DNA of 27,559 nt from NCBI GenBank assembly GCA_040901675.1, contig JBBDYJ010000027.1, positions 1 to 27,559 of the forward strand, given 5' to 3'. The translations under genes were made by a program, and so were the position numbers. Origin of the DNA: Pirellulales bacterium (GTDB lineage: Bacteria; Planctomycetota; Planctomycetia; Pirellulales; JAICIG01). This document shows, one piece after another, positions 27,363 through 27,559 of this stretch; position 1 is the stretch's first letter; every line of letters begins with the position of its first letter. Under the pieces are notes generated by a model. That model saw only the letters and a list, made by a program, of their open reading frames with translations. It was not told the origin of the DNA and ran no database searches.

Positions 27363-27559
27363 GCACGCCCGTGCCACCGCCGCGGCCCATTGGTGTCAAG
27401 GAGGTTCCTGACTGAACTGCAAGTCCGCCTCTGCTCGGATGCGATCTATCCGGAATGTCGTAATGCTCGGTCTCGACGACACGCGCTGCACCGGGACGTT
27501 GTGCCCGAAGCGGTCGAACTGCTCGACCCGCGTCGTGGCCGTGCCCGGGCCGTTCTGGC

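Noticed and set aside
27398..27559. Possible partial CDS at the window end
   Set aside because: Open frames exist on both strands but are too short and motif-free to call

Overview
High-GC bacterial chromosomal segment. Gene content and protein style suggest Planctomycetota, probably Pirellulales-like (inference). Most of it is housekeeping: rnr and a YhaM-like HD exoribonuclease (-); proS (+); a DUF4416 / WecA-MraY-like / O-antigen-ligase-like cluster (+); a DUF1573 protein and a metallophosphoesterase-tetraheme cytochrome c fusion (+); a GT87-like glycosyltransferase (+); and a long minus-strand run of MalK-like ATPase, nusA, infB, rbfA, an HhH-glycosylase-like protein with a Lys/Ala tail, a TPR protein and yebC. 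The standout accessory element is a solitary Abi-family (AbiF/AbiD-like, HEPN RxxxxH) gene at 6019-6939 (-). It is preceded by its own sigma70-like promoter and a ~65-nt bulged stem-loop ending in U7, the layout expected for an RNA-antitoxin/HEPN-toxin anti-phage module. Intergenic regions carry two GTAG-type REP-like repeat families, a recurrent 16-20 bp palindrome and heptamer tandem repeats. No tRNA, rRNA, CRISPR array, transposase or integrase was seen. All family calls come from motif recognition by eye, not database searches.
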